DNA of 64,000 nt from Lichenicola sp. (GTDB lineage: Bacteria; Acidobacteriota; Terriglobia; Terriglobales; Acidobacteriaceae), in NCBI GenBank assembly GCA_964658635.1, contig CAZZZP010000004.1:7088-71087 (forward strand), read 5' to 3'. The notes under the pieces are model-generated. The model was not told the origin of the DNA and searched no databases. It saw nothing but the letters and a program-made list of their open reading frames with translations. Made by a program: the position numbers and the translations under genes. Shown in pieces: positions 55,389 through 63,738 of this stretch (the first letter of the stretch is position 1; the number at the start of each line of letters is the position of its first letter).

Positions 55389-56759
55389 TTGCTTCTGGAT
55401 CAGGACACCATCGTCGCCATCTCCACTCCTCCAGGGCGCGGAGGTATCGGCATCGTGCGCCTCTCGGGGCCTGACGCATACACGATCGCCAAGGCTGGCA
55501 TCCGCCTGCGCCAGCCTCACCCTCTCACCCATGCGCAGGCGCGCTTCGGACATCTCACAGACGCCTCAGGGGAAATACTCGACGAGGCAATCATCACCTG
55601 GTTCCAGGCACCACACTCCTACACCAGCGAGGATGTTATCGAGATCGCGGCACACGGAGCACCGGTTCTGCTGGCGTCCGTCGTGCAGTCTGCTCTCATG
55701 CGCGGAGCACGCCTGGCTGAGCCAGGGGAGTTCACTCGCCGCGCCTACCTCTCCGGCCGGATCGACCTCAGCCAGGCAGAAGCCGTTCACGACCTTATCG
55801 ACGCCCATACCCTGCAACAAGCCAGGACAGCAGCGGCGCAGCTCGGAGGCTCCATTGCCCGCGCCGTCCAGCCGGCGAAAGACGATCTCATCGCGCTGAT
55901 CGCCGTGCTTGAAGCCGGCGTGGATTTCGCCGAAGACGATCTGGACCTGCTGCCGGAGACTCAAATCATCCGCCACATTGAACATCTGCTCGAGATTCTA
56001 AATCCCTTGGCCAGCAGCTTCCGCTACGGACGTATTCTCCGCGAAGGCGCTCGACTGGCAATTGTTGGCCAACCGAACGCCGGCAAGAGTTCCCTTTTTA
56101 ACCGCCTGCTCGAGCGTGATCGCGCCATCGTCACCGCACAGCCAGGCACGACGCGAGATCCCATTTCCGAACGCTTTTCGCTGAATGGCATCCCGATCGA
56201 GCTCGTAGACACAGCCGGTCTCCGCGACATCGAAGCCATTCCCGAGACCGAAGCAGAGCGCCAGGGCATCATGCGCAGCCGCACCACCATGGCCGAGGCA
56301 GATCTCGTCCTTCACGTGGTGGATGTCAGCCGGCTCACCTCGTCCAGTCAACTTCAACCCGAGGATGTGGAAACGCAAAGGTCGACTGCGGGCCGTCCCT
56401 ATCTTCTCATCCTCAACAAATGCGACTTGGAGAAAGTGCCTTCAGAAGCCGCCGGAAACCGCACCTCTGCTGTTACCGGCGAGGGTATGGACCGCCTCAC
56501 CCAGGCGATCCTATCCGCCTTGGGCGCTCAACCTCAAGCCGACTCGGCAATTGTGACCAATCTTCGTCAGTCGCAGGCTCTCAGCGCAACAATCTTTGCA
56601 CTACGCAAAGCGCAACAGGCTGCCCAGGAACAGACCCCACACGAATTCCTTCTGCTGGACCTGCACAGCGCACTGGAAAGCTTGGATGCCCTCACCGGTG
56701 TGACAACGACGGAGGACGTCCTCCAGCTCATCTTCTCGAGCTTCTGCATCGGCAAGTAG
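55389..56759 (+). CDS. mnmE: tRNA modification GTPase MnmE
   Basis: 456 aa with a TTG start 1 nt after the SPFH stop. The N-terminal DTIVAISTPPGRGGIGIVRLSG is present, along with the G-domain motifs GQPNAGKSSLFN and DTAGLR, and the C-terminal FCIGK. Confidence 0.92.
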   Translation: MLLDQDTIVAISTPPGRGGIGIVRLSGPDAYTIAKAGIRLRQPHPLTHAQARFGHLTDASGEILDEAIITWFQAPHSYTSEDVIEIAAHGAPVLLASVVQSALMRGARLAEPGEFTRRAYLSGRIDLSQAEAVHDLIDAHTLQQARTAAAQLGGSIARAVQPAKDDLIALIAVLEAGVDFAEDDLDLLPETQIIRHIEHLLEILNPLASSFRYGRILREGARLAIVGQPNAGKSSLFNRLLERDRAIVTAQPGTTRDPISERFSLNGIPIELVDTAGLRDIEAIPETEAERQGIMRSRTTMAEADLVLHVVDVSRLTSSSQLQPEDVETQRSTAGRPYLLILNKCDLEKVPSEAAGNRTSAVTGEGMDRLTQAILSALGAQPQADSAIVTNLRQSQALSATIFALRKAQQAAQEQTPHEFLLLDLHSALESLDALTGVTTTEDVLQLIFSSFCIGK

Positions 56760-56836
56760 CGTCTAGTGCCTTCCTGCAGCAACCAAATACTCACGTTGAC
56801 ATTACAGAAATTACGCCGCGGATTGGACTCCAGCGC

Positions 56837-57319
56837 TCACATTCTGGGAACAGGATGAAGTACCAGGTGGCGAGCCGAACCATCACCCTCCGACTTACTC
56901 AACAGCCCCGACGATGCAAGCGCAAGGTGGAGCAGTCGACGCTCCCGTGAAGTCATCGGCGCAAAACGGAAGGGCTGACCAGACCCGTTCACCTTTCTCA
57001 CTGCGTCTGCAGCCACCCGTTTGATCATCCTGTCCCTGCGTTGCTTGAACCCGCCCGCGTCGAAGCTGATCAGCTCGTGCTGCTCCGGTGTAAGCCGAAG
57101 CGCCTGGAAAGCCAAATGTTCAAGCGCAAGCAGCAGCTCCGCATTTCGGGTTAGCAGCAGCCCGGTGTCGGGCCCCGAAAACTCGGCGACAATGGCAGGC
57201 GTTTGATCGCCAGGCAGGTTTCTAAAACTGAACGTCAGATTGAAGACGGCTTCACTCAGAAAGCTCCCGAGAAAGTTCTCGAGGGCAAGCAGAGCCGATG
57301 CGGCACGGAATGGCTCCAT
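56837..57319 (-). CDS. jag: Jag/KhpB-like R3H-domain RNA-binding protein
   Basis: 160 aa. A C-terminal R3H context is present (MTSRERRLLHLALASSGLLSKSEG). It lies directly downstream of yidC on the same strand. Confidence 0.8.
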   Translation of the reverse strand: MEPFRAASALLALENFLGSFLSEAVFNLTFSFRNLPGDQTPAIVAEFSGPDTGLLLTRNAELLLALEHLAFQALRLTPEQHELISFDAGGFKQRRDRMIKRVAADAVRKVNGSGQPFRFAPMTSRERRLLHLALASSGLLSKSEGDGSARHLVLHPVPRM

Positions 57320-57376
57320 ACTCTTCCTCGCCTGAAAGCTTTTGGATGAGGTGCTTTCTAGCAGGTTCTTCCCTCG

Positions 57377-59221
57377 CTACCTGCGAGTCGGTTTGGCCTG
57401 GATTGTCTTTGCTGTGCTGCCGCTACCGATTCCAGCCTTGCGCCGTGCACGTTTGGCGGCGATCTCGCGCATCTCACGTCCGATCGAAGTGCGGTTCATC
57501 ACAGCCTGGGTGATGATGGAGATGATGTTGCCAACAGACCAGTAGAGAGCCAGGCCCGAGGCGTAGTTCCAGGTCATCCAGAATGAAAACGCGGGCATCA
57601 TGAACGCCATCATCTTCTGCTGTTGCGGGTCGACACCGGGCGAAGGCGTGTAGAACTGCACCAGGAACATGGATAAGGCCATGAAGATAGGCAGGATGTG
57701 GTAGGGATCGGCAGCCGAGAGATCGGGCAGCCACAACCAATGAGCCTGGCGAAGCTCAACCACCTTGGGAAGCATATTGAAGAACGCATACAGCAGCGGA
57801 AGCTGGATCAGCGTCGGAATACAGCCGCCAAACATGTTGACACCGTTGTCCTTCTGCAGCTGCATGATCTCGGCATTCATGTCGGCACGTTTCGGATCGG
57901 TGACCTTCATGTTCTTGTACTTCGCCTTGATCGCGTCCATCTGCGGCTGAATGCGCTGCATCTTCAGGCCCGACTGCATGGTCTTAATGCGCAGCGGCAG
58001 GATAATCACGTTGATCAGCAGGGTGAGCAGAACGATGTCCCAGCCCCAGCTCGCGCTCACATGATCGTGGATTGCCCGCAGGGCGAGGAAAAGATACTTG
58101 CCGAAGAAGCCGAAGAAACCAAAATCCAACAGCGATTCCAGCGTCACCGAAGGATTCGCCGCATGGATGTTGCGCAGCACACCGACTGCCTTGGGACCCG
58201 CGAAGATGCGGACCTTCGAGTGGCCCGAAGCATCCCCAACCGCCGCACCCAGCAGCTGCACCTTGACCTCATCCTTGCCTGGATCGGTCTTGCTCGGCGA
58301 GATGGCCACACCCTGGCCCAAGCCATTGTGTCGGTTTGCCTTGGGGACGATCAGGTCGCTGCGCAGCGTCGCCACCGTCGCATTCGACGAATCGTCCGGA
58401 AGGAAGATCGAGGCAAAGTAAAGATCTGAAACGCCCGCCCAGTCAAAGCCGCCGGAAAGCGTCGCGCCGCCCGAAATCTTCTTCGCCGCCTGGTGTGTCT
58501 CCTTGCCCTGCTGGCTGTAGTCCACCTGCGCGCTGTTATACGAAAGCGCGTTCTCCTGGTCGCCAAACCCACCAGGCCATGCGAGCAGGGCGCGCACCGG
58601 AGCGCCGTTGTGCAGGACCTCGTATTCTGCATGCAGCACGTAGGTGTCGTCGAAGGTGAAGGTCTTCGTCACCTGGTACTCGCCCGAGACAAACTTGAAG
58701 CTCAGGTTCGTCGGCGCAGTCAGGTTCCCTGTAGCGGACGGCAGAAACAGGGTATTCGCCAGGTTAGCGGTCAACCCGGCGTCGTAAGTGTAGAGCGAAA
58801 GCGGGTAACCCACCTTCTGTGCGGCTTCGGTGTGGACCAGGTCCAGCGGCTTGCCGTAAGAGTCTTTGTACTTCTTCAGGAGCCAGCTGGTGACCTGCGC
58901 GCCGCGGTTCGAAAAAGTAATCTTGTAGAGCTCGTTCTCGACCGTGGTGGTGGTCTCGGCCTGTCCGACGACGGGGGTGACGGCCGGGACCTGGATCGTC
59001 TGTCCGGCGACTGTCGCTGCTACCGTCGGCGTCGGCTGACCAAGACCTTGGGCCGGACGGTTCGAAGTCTGCGCAGGTGCCTGCGGGGAGGCTGTCTGCG
59101 GATTGTTCTTCGCGCGGAAGTACTGCAGCACAAAAAACGTAAGCACCATCACTGCCATGATCAAAAGCGTGGGACGGCTATCGGGTGCGCCTTGCTGGGT
59201 CGGATTCTTAAACTCTGCCAC
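57377..59221 (-). CDS. yidC: membrane protein insertase YidC
   Basis: 614 aa with a GTG start. It has an N-terminal TM, a large periplasmic domain and the conserved C-terminal 5-TM core (GWDIVLLTLLINVIILPL, GGCIPTLIQLPLLYAFF). The tail is basic. Confidence 0.93.
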   Translation of the reverse strand: MAEFKNPTQQGAPDSRPTLLIMAVMVLTFFVLQYFRAKNNPQTASPQAPAQTSNRPAQGLGQPTPTVAATVAGQTIQVPAVTPVVGQAETTTTVENELYKITFSNRGAQVTSWLLKKYKDSYGKPLDLVHTEAAQKVGYPLSLYTYDAGLTANLANTLFLPSATGNLTAPTNLSFKFVSGEYQVTKTFTFDDTYVLHAEYEVLHNGAPVRALLAWPGGFGDQENALSYNSAQVDYSQQGKETHQAAKKISGGATLSGGFDWAGVSDLYFASIFLPDDSSNATVATLRSDLIVPKANRHNGLGQGVAISPSKTDPGKDEVKVQLLGAAVGDASGHSKVRIFAGPKAVGVLRNIHAANPSVTLESLLDFGFFGFFGKYLFLALRAIHDHVSASWGWDIVLLTLLINVIILPLRIKTMQSGLKMQRIQPQMDAIKAKYKNMKVTDPKRADMNAEIMQLQKDNGVNMFGGCIPTLIQLPLLYAFFNMLPKVVELRQAHWLWLPDLSAADPYHILPIFMALSMFLVQFYTPSPGVDPQQQKMMAFMMPAFSFWMTWNYASGLALYWSVGNIISIITQAVMNRTSIGREMREIAAKRARRKAGIGSGSTAKTIQAKPTRR

Positions 59222-59347
59222 GTCGCCTGTCTTTCCAGTATGTGTCTGTGCAGTGCCTGCACAACGCTCGCGGCCGTAAAACGGCCTGAAGCTGATGATA
59301 AATGGTCCCGAACTCGTTCCGGGTTAAACCACGCGTGCGCCTCATCC

Positions 59348-59584
59348 TCAAGGCACCGGATCGAGCCCGCCTTTTGAAAGCGGATGACACCTCGAGATAC
59401 GCTTCAGCGCAAGCCCGGTTCCACGCACCCAGCCGTGCCGTGCCACCGCCACGTAGGCGTACTCCGAGCAGGTAGGCAGAAAGATGCACTGCGACACACC
59501 CAATCCGTGCACCAGGGGCGACAGCAGGCGCTTATAGAAGGCAAAGGCGCTCCGCACGACACAGCCACCCTCCTGCCGGCTCAT
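59348..59584 (-). CDS. yidD: membrane protein insertion efficiency factor YidD
   Basis: 78 aa. YKRLLSPL...C.F.PTCSEYA...G...G..L...RI.RCHP is the YidD signature. It has a 4-nt overlap with rnpA. Confidence 0.9.
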   Translation of the reverse strand: MSRQEGGCVVRSAFAFYKRLLSPLVHGLGVSQCIFLPTCSEYAYVAVARHGWVRGTGLALKRISRCHPLSKGGLDPVP

Positions 59585-59994
59585 GGCTGCTGCTTTGCGT
59601 CCTGCGGCTTCACTTCCTGCATCTTTTCGAGCGTCCGCCGGATCGTCTTGAAGATTTCGGCCATTTCGCGGTCCAGCGTCCGGTGATCGAGCGTCATCAC
59701 CGACCGCCGCGGATGCAGGATCACGTCCACCGGAAACTTCAACGTCAACGCATGCTGCCGCACCAGTTCGCGCAGCCGCCGCTTGATCCGGTTGCGCTCG
59801 TGCGCCTTGCCGAGCACCTTACCCACAGTCAGCCCCACGCGCGGACCCGGTGTATCGCTTCGTCTCTCGGGCGGCCTCACCGAGAAAAAGAAGCTCATCT
59901 GCCGCGTATGCTGCTTCTTTGCCGAGTTGTACACCCGGCCGTAGTCGGCATGTTTGCGAAGCTTCAGCAGCGCGTTGGGTTTGGATGTAGGCAT
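59581..59994 (-). CDS. rnpA: ribonuclease P protein component
   Basis: 137 aa and basic. The RNR-like motif [14 protein letters not shown] is present. It lies upstream of yidD-yidC. Confidence 0.88.
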   Translation of the reverse strand: MPTSKPNALLKLRKHADYGRVYNSAKKQHTRQMSFFFSVRPPERRSDTPGPRVGLTVGKVLGKAHERNRIKRRLRELVRQHALTLKFPVDVILHPRRSVMTLDHRTLDREMAEIFKTIRRTLEKMQEVKPQDAKQQP

Positions 59995-60065
59995 CGCTTT
60001 GTCAGTAAAGCCGGACTTCCCTCTTGTATGATAATCCCCAGGCTACCGGGGCCTATACTGCCTGC

Positions 60066-60515
60066 GTGTCCCCACAAATCATCTTCGCCGTCTGCAACAC
60101 GGCCGTCCTGCCCTGCTGGCTCCTGCTGCTGGTCGCACCACGCTGGGCGTGGTCGCAGCGCATCGCCACCTTCATCGCGCCTCTGGTTCTAGCCTTGGCT
60201 TATGCCTGGCTGCTGATCTCTGCCCCGCACATCCCGGGTGCGAGCTTCAGCACCATCGCCGGCGTCCACGCGCTCTTCTCGGCCGACCACGGACTTGTCG
60301 CAGGATGGCTTCACTATCTCGCCTTCGATCTTTTCATCGGAAGCTGGGAGACACGCGACGCGCGCCGTCTCGGCATTGCGCACTGGGCGACCACCCCTTC
60401 GCTGCTGCTGACCTTCCTCTTCGGACCCATAGGCCTTGCAAGCTGGCTCCTTCTGCGCGCCGTCCTCCGCCGGAGCTTCGGCGTAGCAATCTCCGAAGAA
60501 CTGGAGGCGCAATGA
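60066..60515 (+). CDS. DUF4281 (ABA4-like) membrane protein
   Basis: The ORF starts at TTG 60024, and GTG 60066 is the likely start. Family-typical stretches are present (LPCWLLLLVAPRW, GWLHYLAFDLFIGSW, LLLTFLFGPIGL). Confidence 0.85.
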   Translation: MSPQIIFAVCNTAVLPCWLLLLVAPRWAWSQRIATFIAPLVLALAYAWLLISAPHIPGASFSTIAGVHALFSADHGLVAGWLHYLAFDLFIGSWETRDARRLGIAHWATTPSLLLTFLFGPIGLASWLLLRAVLRRSFGVAISEELEAQ

Positions 60516-61381
60516 CTGCCCTCGGATGGAATACCCTTGTCGGCCACAACACCTTCCTCTGGCAAGGACCAAACCGTGGCCTCATGCTCGCCATCTGGTG
60601 GAACGTCGCGCTCTTCGTCCTCAGCGCCGCCGCCTATCCCTTCGACCGTCGCGCCATTCTCGGCCTCAATCCGTGGATCAAGCCAATCAAGTTCGAGCTC
60701 TCTGTCATCCTCTTCTGTCTCACCGTTGCCGCCCTCCTCTCCGCGCTGGGCCGGCGAGGGCAATGGGAACATTGGCGACAGATCATCTCCTGGGGCATCG
60801 GTATCGCGATGATCTTCGAGAACAGCATCATCGCCATGCAGTCGGCACGCGGCGTCCGCTCACACATGAACTTCACCTCTCTCTTCAACAGCGTGGCGTT
60901 CGGCATCATGGGCTTCTTCATCCTGGTCACCACTATCTTGATCGCCGGACTGCTCGTCCTCTTCCTCGTCAGTCACACAGGCCTGCCCCGGCCGGTCACG
61001 CTCGGCATCTGCCTCGGGCTGGCTGTCACCCTTGCCGGCTGTGTTGAAGGCGTTCAAATGGTCGGCCATTACCAGGCGCACACCGTCGGAGCTCCCGATG
61101 GCGGTCCCGGCCTGCCTTTTCTCAACTGGAGCACGCAGCACGGCGACCTCCGCATCGCCCACTTTCTCGCCCTGCATGCCCTGCAGCTTTTCCCTTTGAT
61201 CGGCTGGCTCTTCGCGCGTGCACCAGTGTCAGGCTTGCTCCAACTCGCAGGCACGATTGCCTTCGCCACTGCTTACAGTGTTCTGGCTACAATCCTTTTC
61301 GTGCAGGCCGTTCGCGGACACCCCCTACTCGGCGTGCTCAGCAGCAGCCAGCAGAAAGTACTCACAGCTCGACGCAGATGA
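60512..61381 (+). CDS. polytopic membrane protein, unknown function (290 aa)
   Basis: The track ORF 60149..61381 has an implausible Arg/Pro-rich 5' part. The real start is ATG 60512, which overlaps the DUF4281 stop (ATGA). It has about 8 hydrophobic helices. I recognised no family signature. Confidence 0.65.
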   Translation: MTALGWNTLVGHNTFLWQGPNRGLMLAIWWNVALFVLSAAAYPFDRRAILGLNPWIKPIKFELSVILFCLTVAALLSALGRRGQWEHWRQIISWGIGIAMIFENSIIAMQSARGVRSHMNFTSLFNSVAFGIMGFFILVTTILIAGLLVLFLVSHTGLPRPVTLGICLGLAVTLAGCVEGVQMVGHYQAHTVGAPDGGPGLPFLNWSTQHGDLRIAHFLALHALQLFPLIGWLFARAPVSGLLQLAGTIAFATAYSVLATILFVQAVRGHPLLGVLSSSQQKVLTARRR

Positions 61382-61395
61382 TCCGGTACAAACGT

Positions 61396-61428
61396 AAAAA
61401 AGCCCACGCGCATCGCGTGGGCTTTTTT
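61396..61428. terminator. bidirectional intrinsic terminator
   Basis: A perfect 15-nt-arm palindrome, AAAAAAGCCCACGCG-cat-CGCGTGGGCTTTTTT, lies between the convergent membrane-protein gene (+) and rpmH (-). Confidence 0.8.
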
Positions 61429-61447
61429 ACGCAGAGCTTGAACCAGG

Positions 61448-61603
61448 TTAGTCGCGGAAGCCTGCGGACACAGCGATCTTGTGACGGCCCTTGGCGCGGC
61501 GGCGGTTAAGCACCGCGGCACCCGCCTTCGTCTTCATACGGGTCAGAAAGCCATGCGTCTTGGCGCGGTGGCGGCGGTTGGGCTGGAAAGTGCGCTTCGG
61601 CAT
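61448..61603 (-). CDS. rpmH: 50S ribosomal protein L34
   Basis: The ORF spans 61448..61696, and I chose the start at ATG 61603. The product is [45 protein letters not shown]... Confidence 0.93.
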   Translation of the reverse strand: MPKRTFQPNRRHRAKTHGFLTRMKTKAGAAVLNRRRAKGRHKIAVSAGFRD

Positions 61604-62234
61604 GAGAACAACTCCTGGGCATCCCCGAGCCTTCTGCCCTGGGAGCAATCTTGAATGTGTGTCGAAGAGAGCTCTTCTGGCGCTGCGCTCATCCATGCCC
61701 GAAGCTCACAACCAGGCAGAATTCTTACGCGCACGAAAACCCGTGACGACAAGTCTTGAATATACCCTAAGAAGGCTAAAAGGGGAAGGTTTTCCACGTT
61801 GTGTCTACAATGAGGAAGACGCGATATGCCTCCCCTTACCACCAGCGCAAATTCTTTCCGGGAGTTCCCATTCCGGGCATCGTACATACAAAACACCAGC
61901 CTTCACCGGTCATGGTGCAAGTTACCGTTTCGCGAATCACGGCTTGAATTCGACCTCATTTTCCGTGCTACCATCAAACCCGCTCAACAAGTCAGGTTGC
62001 TGGGATGTATGGCGGCATCGGGCCCGTTCCCCGCTTGACAACTGCTCCATTTCATCTCGTATTCGGCCCCACGCGAGACGAGATCTTCCGCAGTACTAGG
62101 TCGCGACCCAAACCCTTTTCCAAAAGGGTGTGGTGAGTTCTTTGTCTCATTTTCGGCTTCCACTTTCGAGGCGTATGAAGCATCGCTAGGCCCACAGGGT
62201 CCGCAGCAAAAGTTTAGATAAGGAAAGTCAACGC
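61604..62234. promoter_or_regulatory. rpmH-dnaA intergenic region (divergent promoters; classical oriC position, but not supported as an origin here)
   Basis: This is a 631-bp non-coding spacer. TTGACA is at 62035..62040. The only DnaA-box-like 9-mers are degenerate (TTTTCCACG at 61790..61798 and TTTTCCGTG at 61959..61967). There is no perfect TTATCCACA and no obvious AT-rich unwinding element. Confidence 0.3.
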
Positions 62235-63683
62235 ATGTCATTCGTTCCTACGGCCGCAGCCGTGCTGAATCAGTGGGTTCGCATTCTCGGTGCGCTCGAA
62301 AAGAAGATCAACCGCAAGTCCTTCGAGACATGGTTGAAACCGACGCGCTTCTCCAGAATCGTAGGTAAAACCCTGTACGTCCGGATTCCCTCGGCACAGT
62401 TCGAGCATGTCGGAGACAAGTACGGCCAGCTCATCGAAGAAGCCATTGAGCGACTGGATCTCGAGATCGACTCCGTCCTCTTCGAAACCCCGCAGCAGGA
62501 TCCCTCCGCCCCACGCGTCCGCGATGACGGAGGCTTCGCTCCCATGCCTAGTCATGCCGCCAATGCACCGCGTTCCAACGGAGTGACCACGCCAGCCGGG
62601 ACTGCTGCCAAGCTGCAGGCGCCTGCCGGCATCACGCGCGAACAAACGGCATTTGATTGGCATAGCGCCTCGCAACTCAATCCGCGCTACCAATTCGACG
62701 GCTTCGTCGCAGGCTCCGGCAATCAGTTCGCCCTCGCCGCCGCAGTAGCCGTCGCCGAGCGCCCTGCCAAGGCATACAACCCACTCTTCCTCTACGGCGG
62801 GGTCGGAATGGGCAAGACCCACCTCATGCACGCCATCGGCCACGAGGTAAAGCGCCGCACTCCGCACGCGCTCATCAGCTATATCTCGGGCGAAAAATTC
62901 GTCAATGAATTTACCGACTCCGTCCGATATGGCAAGATGACCAGCTTCCGCGATCGATATCGCTCGGTCGACGTGCTGCTCGTGGACGACGTCCAGTTCC
63001 TGGCCTCTAAGGAAAAGACCCAGGAAGAGTTCTTCCATACCTTCAACACGCTGCATGGTGACCTCAAGCAGATCGTGCTCGCCTCGGACCGGCCTCCCAA
63101 GGAGCTCGGCGACTTCGAAGACCGCCTCCGCTCCCGCTTCGAGTGGGGCCTGATCGCCGACATCCAGCCACCGGATCTCGAGACCAAGGTGGCCATCCTG
63201 CAGCGCAAGGCTGAAGCCGAAAGCACCACCATCCCGGCCGACGTTGCGCTCTTCATCGCTTCGAATGTTCGCACCAATGTCCGTGAGCTCGAAGGCGCGC
63301 TGATCCGCGTCATCGCCTGGTGCTCGCACCACGCCGTAGAGTGCTCCCTGCCCGTGGCTCAGCAATGCCTCAAGCAGTTCATCGATAACCAGGTGCGCAA
63401 GATCACCATCGAGGCCATCCAGCGCACCGTCGCCGAACACTTCGGCATGCGTGTACCCGAGCTCAAGCAAAAGAACAACTCGCGCCAGATCGTCGTGCCC
63501 AGGCAAATCGCCATGTACCTCGCCAAGCAGATGACTGAGGCCAGCCTGCCCGAGATCGGCCGCCAGTTCGGCGGCAAGCACCACACTACCGTCATGCACT
63601 CCATCGCCAAGATCGACGAGCAGCGCAGGTCCGACAAGGACCTCAACCGCACCGTCAACAAGCTGATGGAGACCCTCAGCTAG
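62235..63683 (+). CDS. dnaA: chromosomal replication initiator protein DnaA
   Basis: 482 aa. It has the AAA+ Walker A LFLYGGVGMGKTHLMHA and Walker B VLLVDDVQFL, sensor motifs, and the domain IV DNA-binding signature (FGGKHHTTVMHSIAKI). Confidence 0.95.
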   Translation: MSFVPTAAAVLNQWVRILGALEKKINRKSFETWLKPTRFSRIVGKTLYVRIPSAQFEHVGDKYGQLIEEAIERLDLEIDSVLFETPQQDPSAPRVRDDGGFAPMPSHAANAPRSNGVTTPAGTAAKLQAPAGITREQTAFDWHSASQLNPRYQFDGFVAGSGNQFALAAAVAVAERPAKAYNPLFLYGGVGMGKTHLMHAIGHEVKRRTPHALISYISGEKFVNEFTDSVRYGKMTSFRDRYRSVDVLLVDDVQFLASKEKTQEEFFHTFNTLHGDLKQIVLASDRPPKELGDFEDRLRSRFEWGLIADIQPPDLETKVAILQRKAEAESTTIPADVALFIASNVRTNVRELEGALIRVIAWCSHHAVECSLPVAQQCLKQFIDNQVRKITIEAIQRTVAEHFGMRVPELKQKNNSRQIVVPRQIAMYLAKQMTEASLPEIGRQFGGKHHTTVMHSIAKIDEQRRSDKDLNRTVNKLMETLS

Positions 63684-63706
63684 GCCGCTCCAAACCCGAA
63701 ACACTG

Positions 63707-63738
63707 GCCGGGATGTCTCTACCTCCCGGCTTTTCTTT
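63707..63738 (+). terminator. intrinsic terminator after dnaA
   Basis: A 7-bp stem, GCCGGGA / TCCCGGC, has a 10-nt loop and is followed by TTTTCTTT. It lies 24 nt after the dnaA stop. Confidence 0.7.

Noticed and set aside
36700-57400. Idea that the low-GC3 block is a recent simple inversion, since its parAB, rsmG and mnmE genes face the wrong way
   Set aside because: Within the block, + strand genes still favour C/A-ending codons and - strand genes G/T-ending codons. The strand bias therefore has the same sign as the flanks, whereas a recent inversion should have flipped it. Inverting 48.4-56.8 kb also does not restore the canonical gene order.
60149-60511. 5' extension of the 290-aa membrane protein ORF (track ORF 60149..61381)
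   Set aside because: This Arg/Pro-rich stretch overlaps the DUF4281 gene in another frame. ATG 60512 overlaps the DUF4281 stop (ATGA) and starts a plausible membrane protein.
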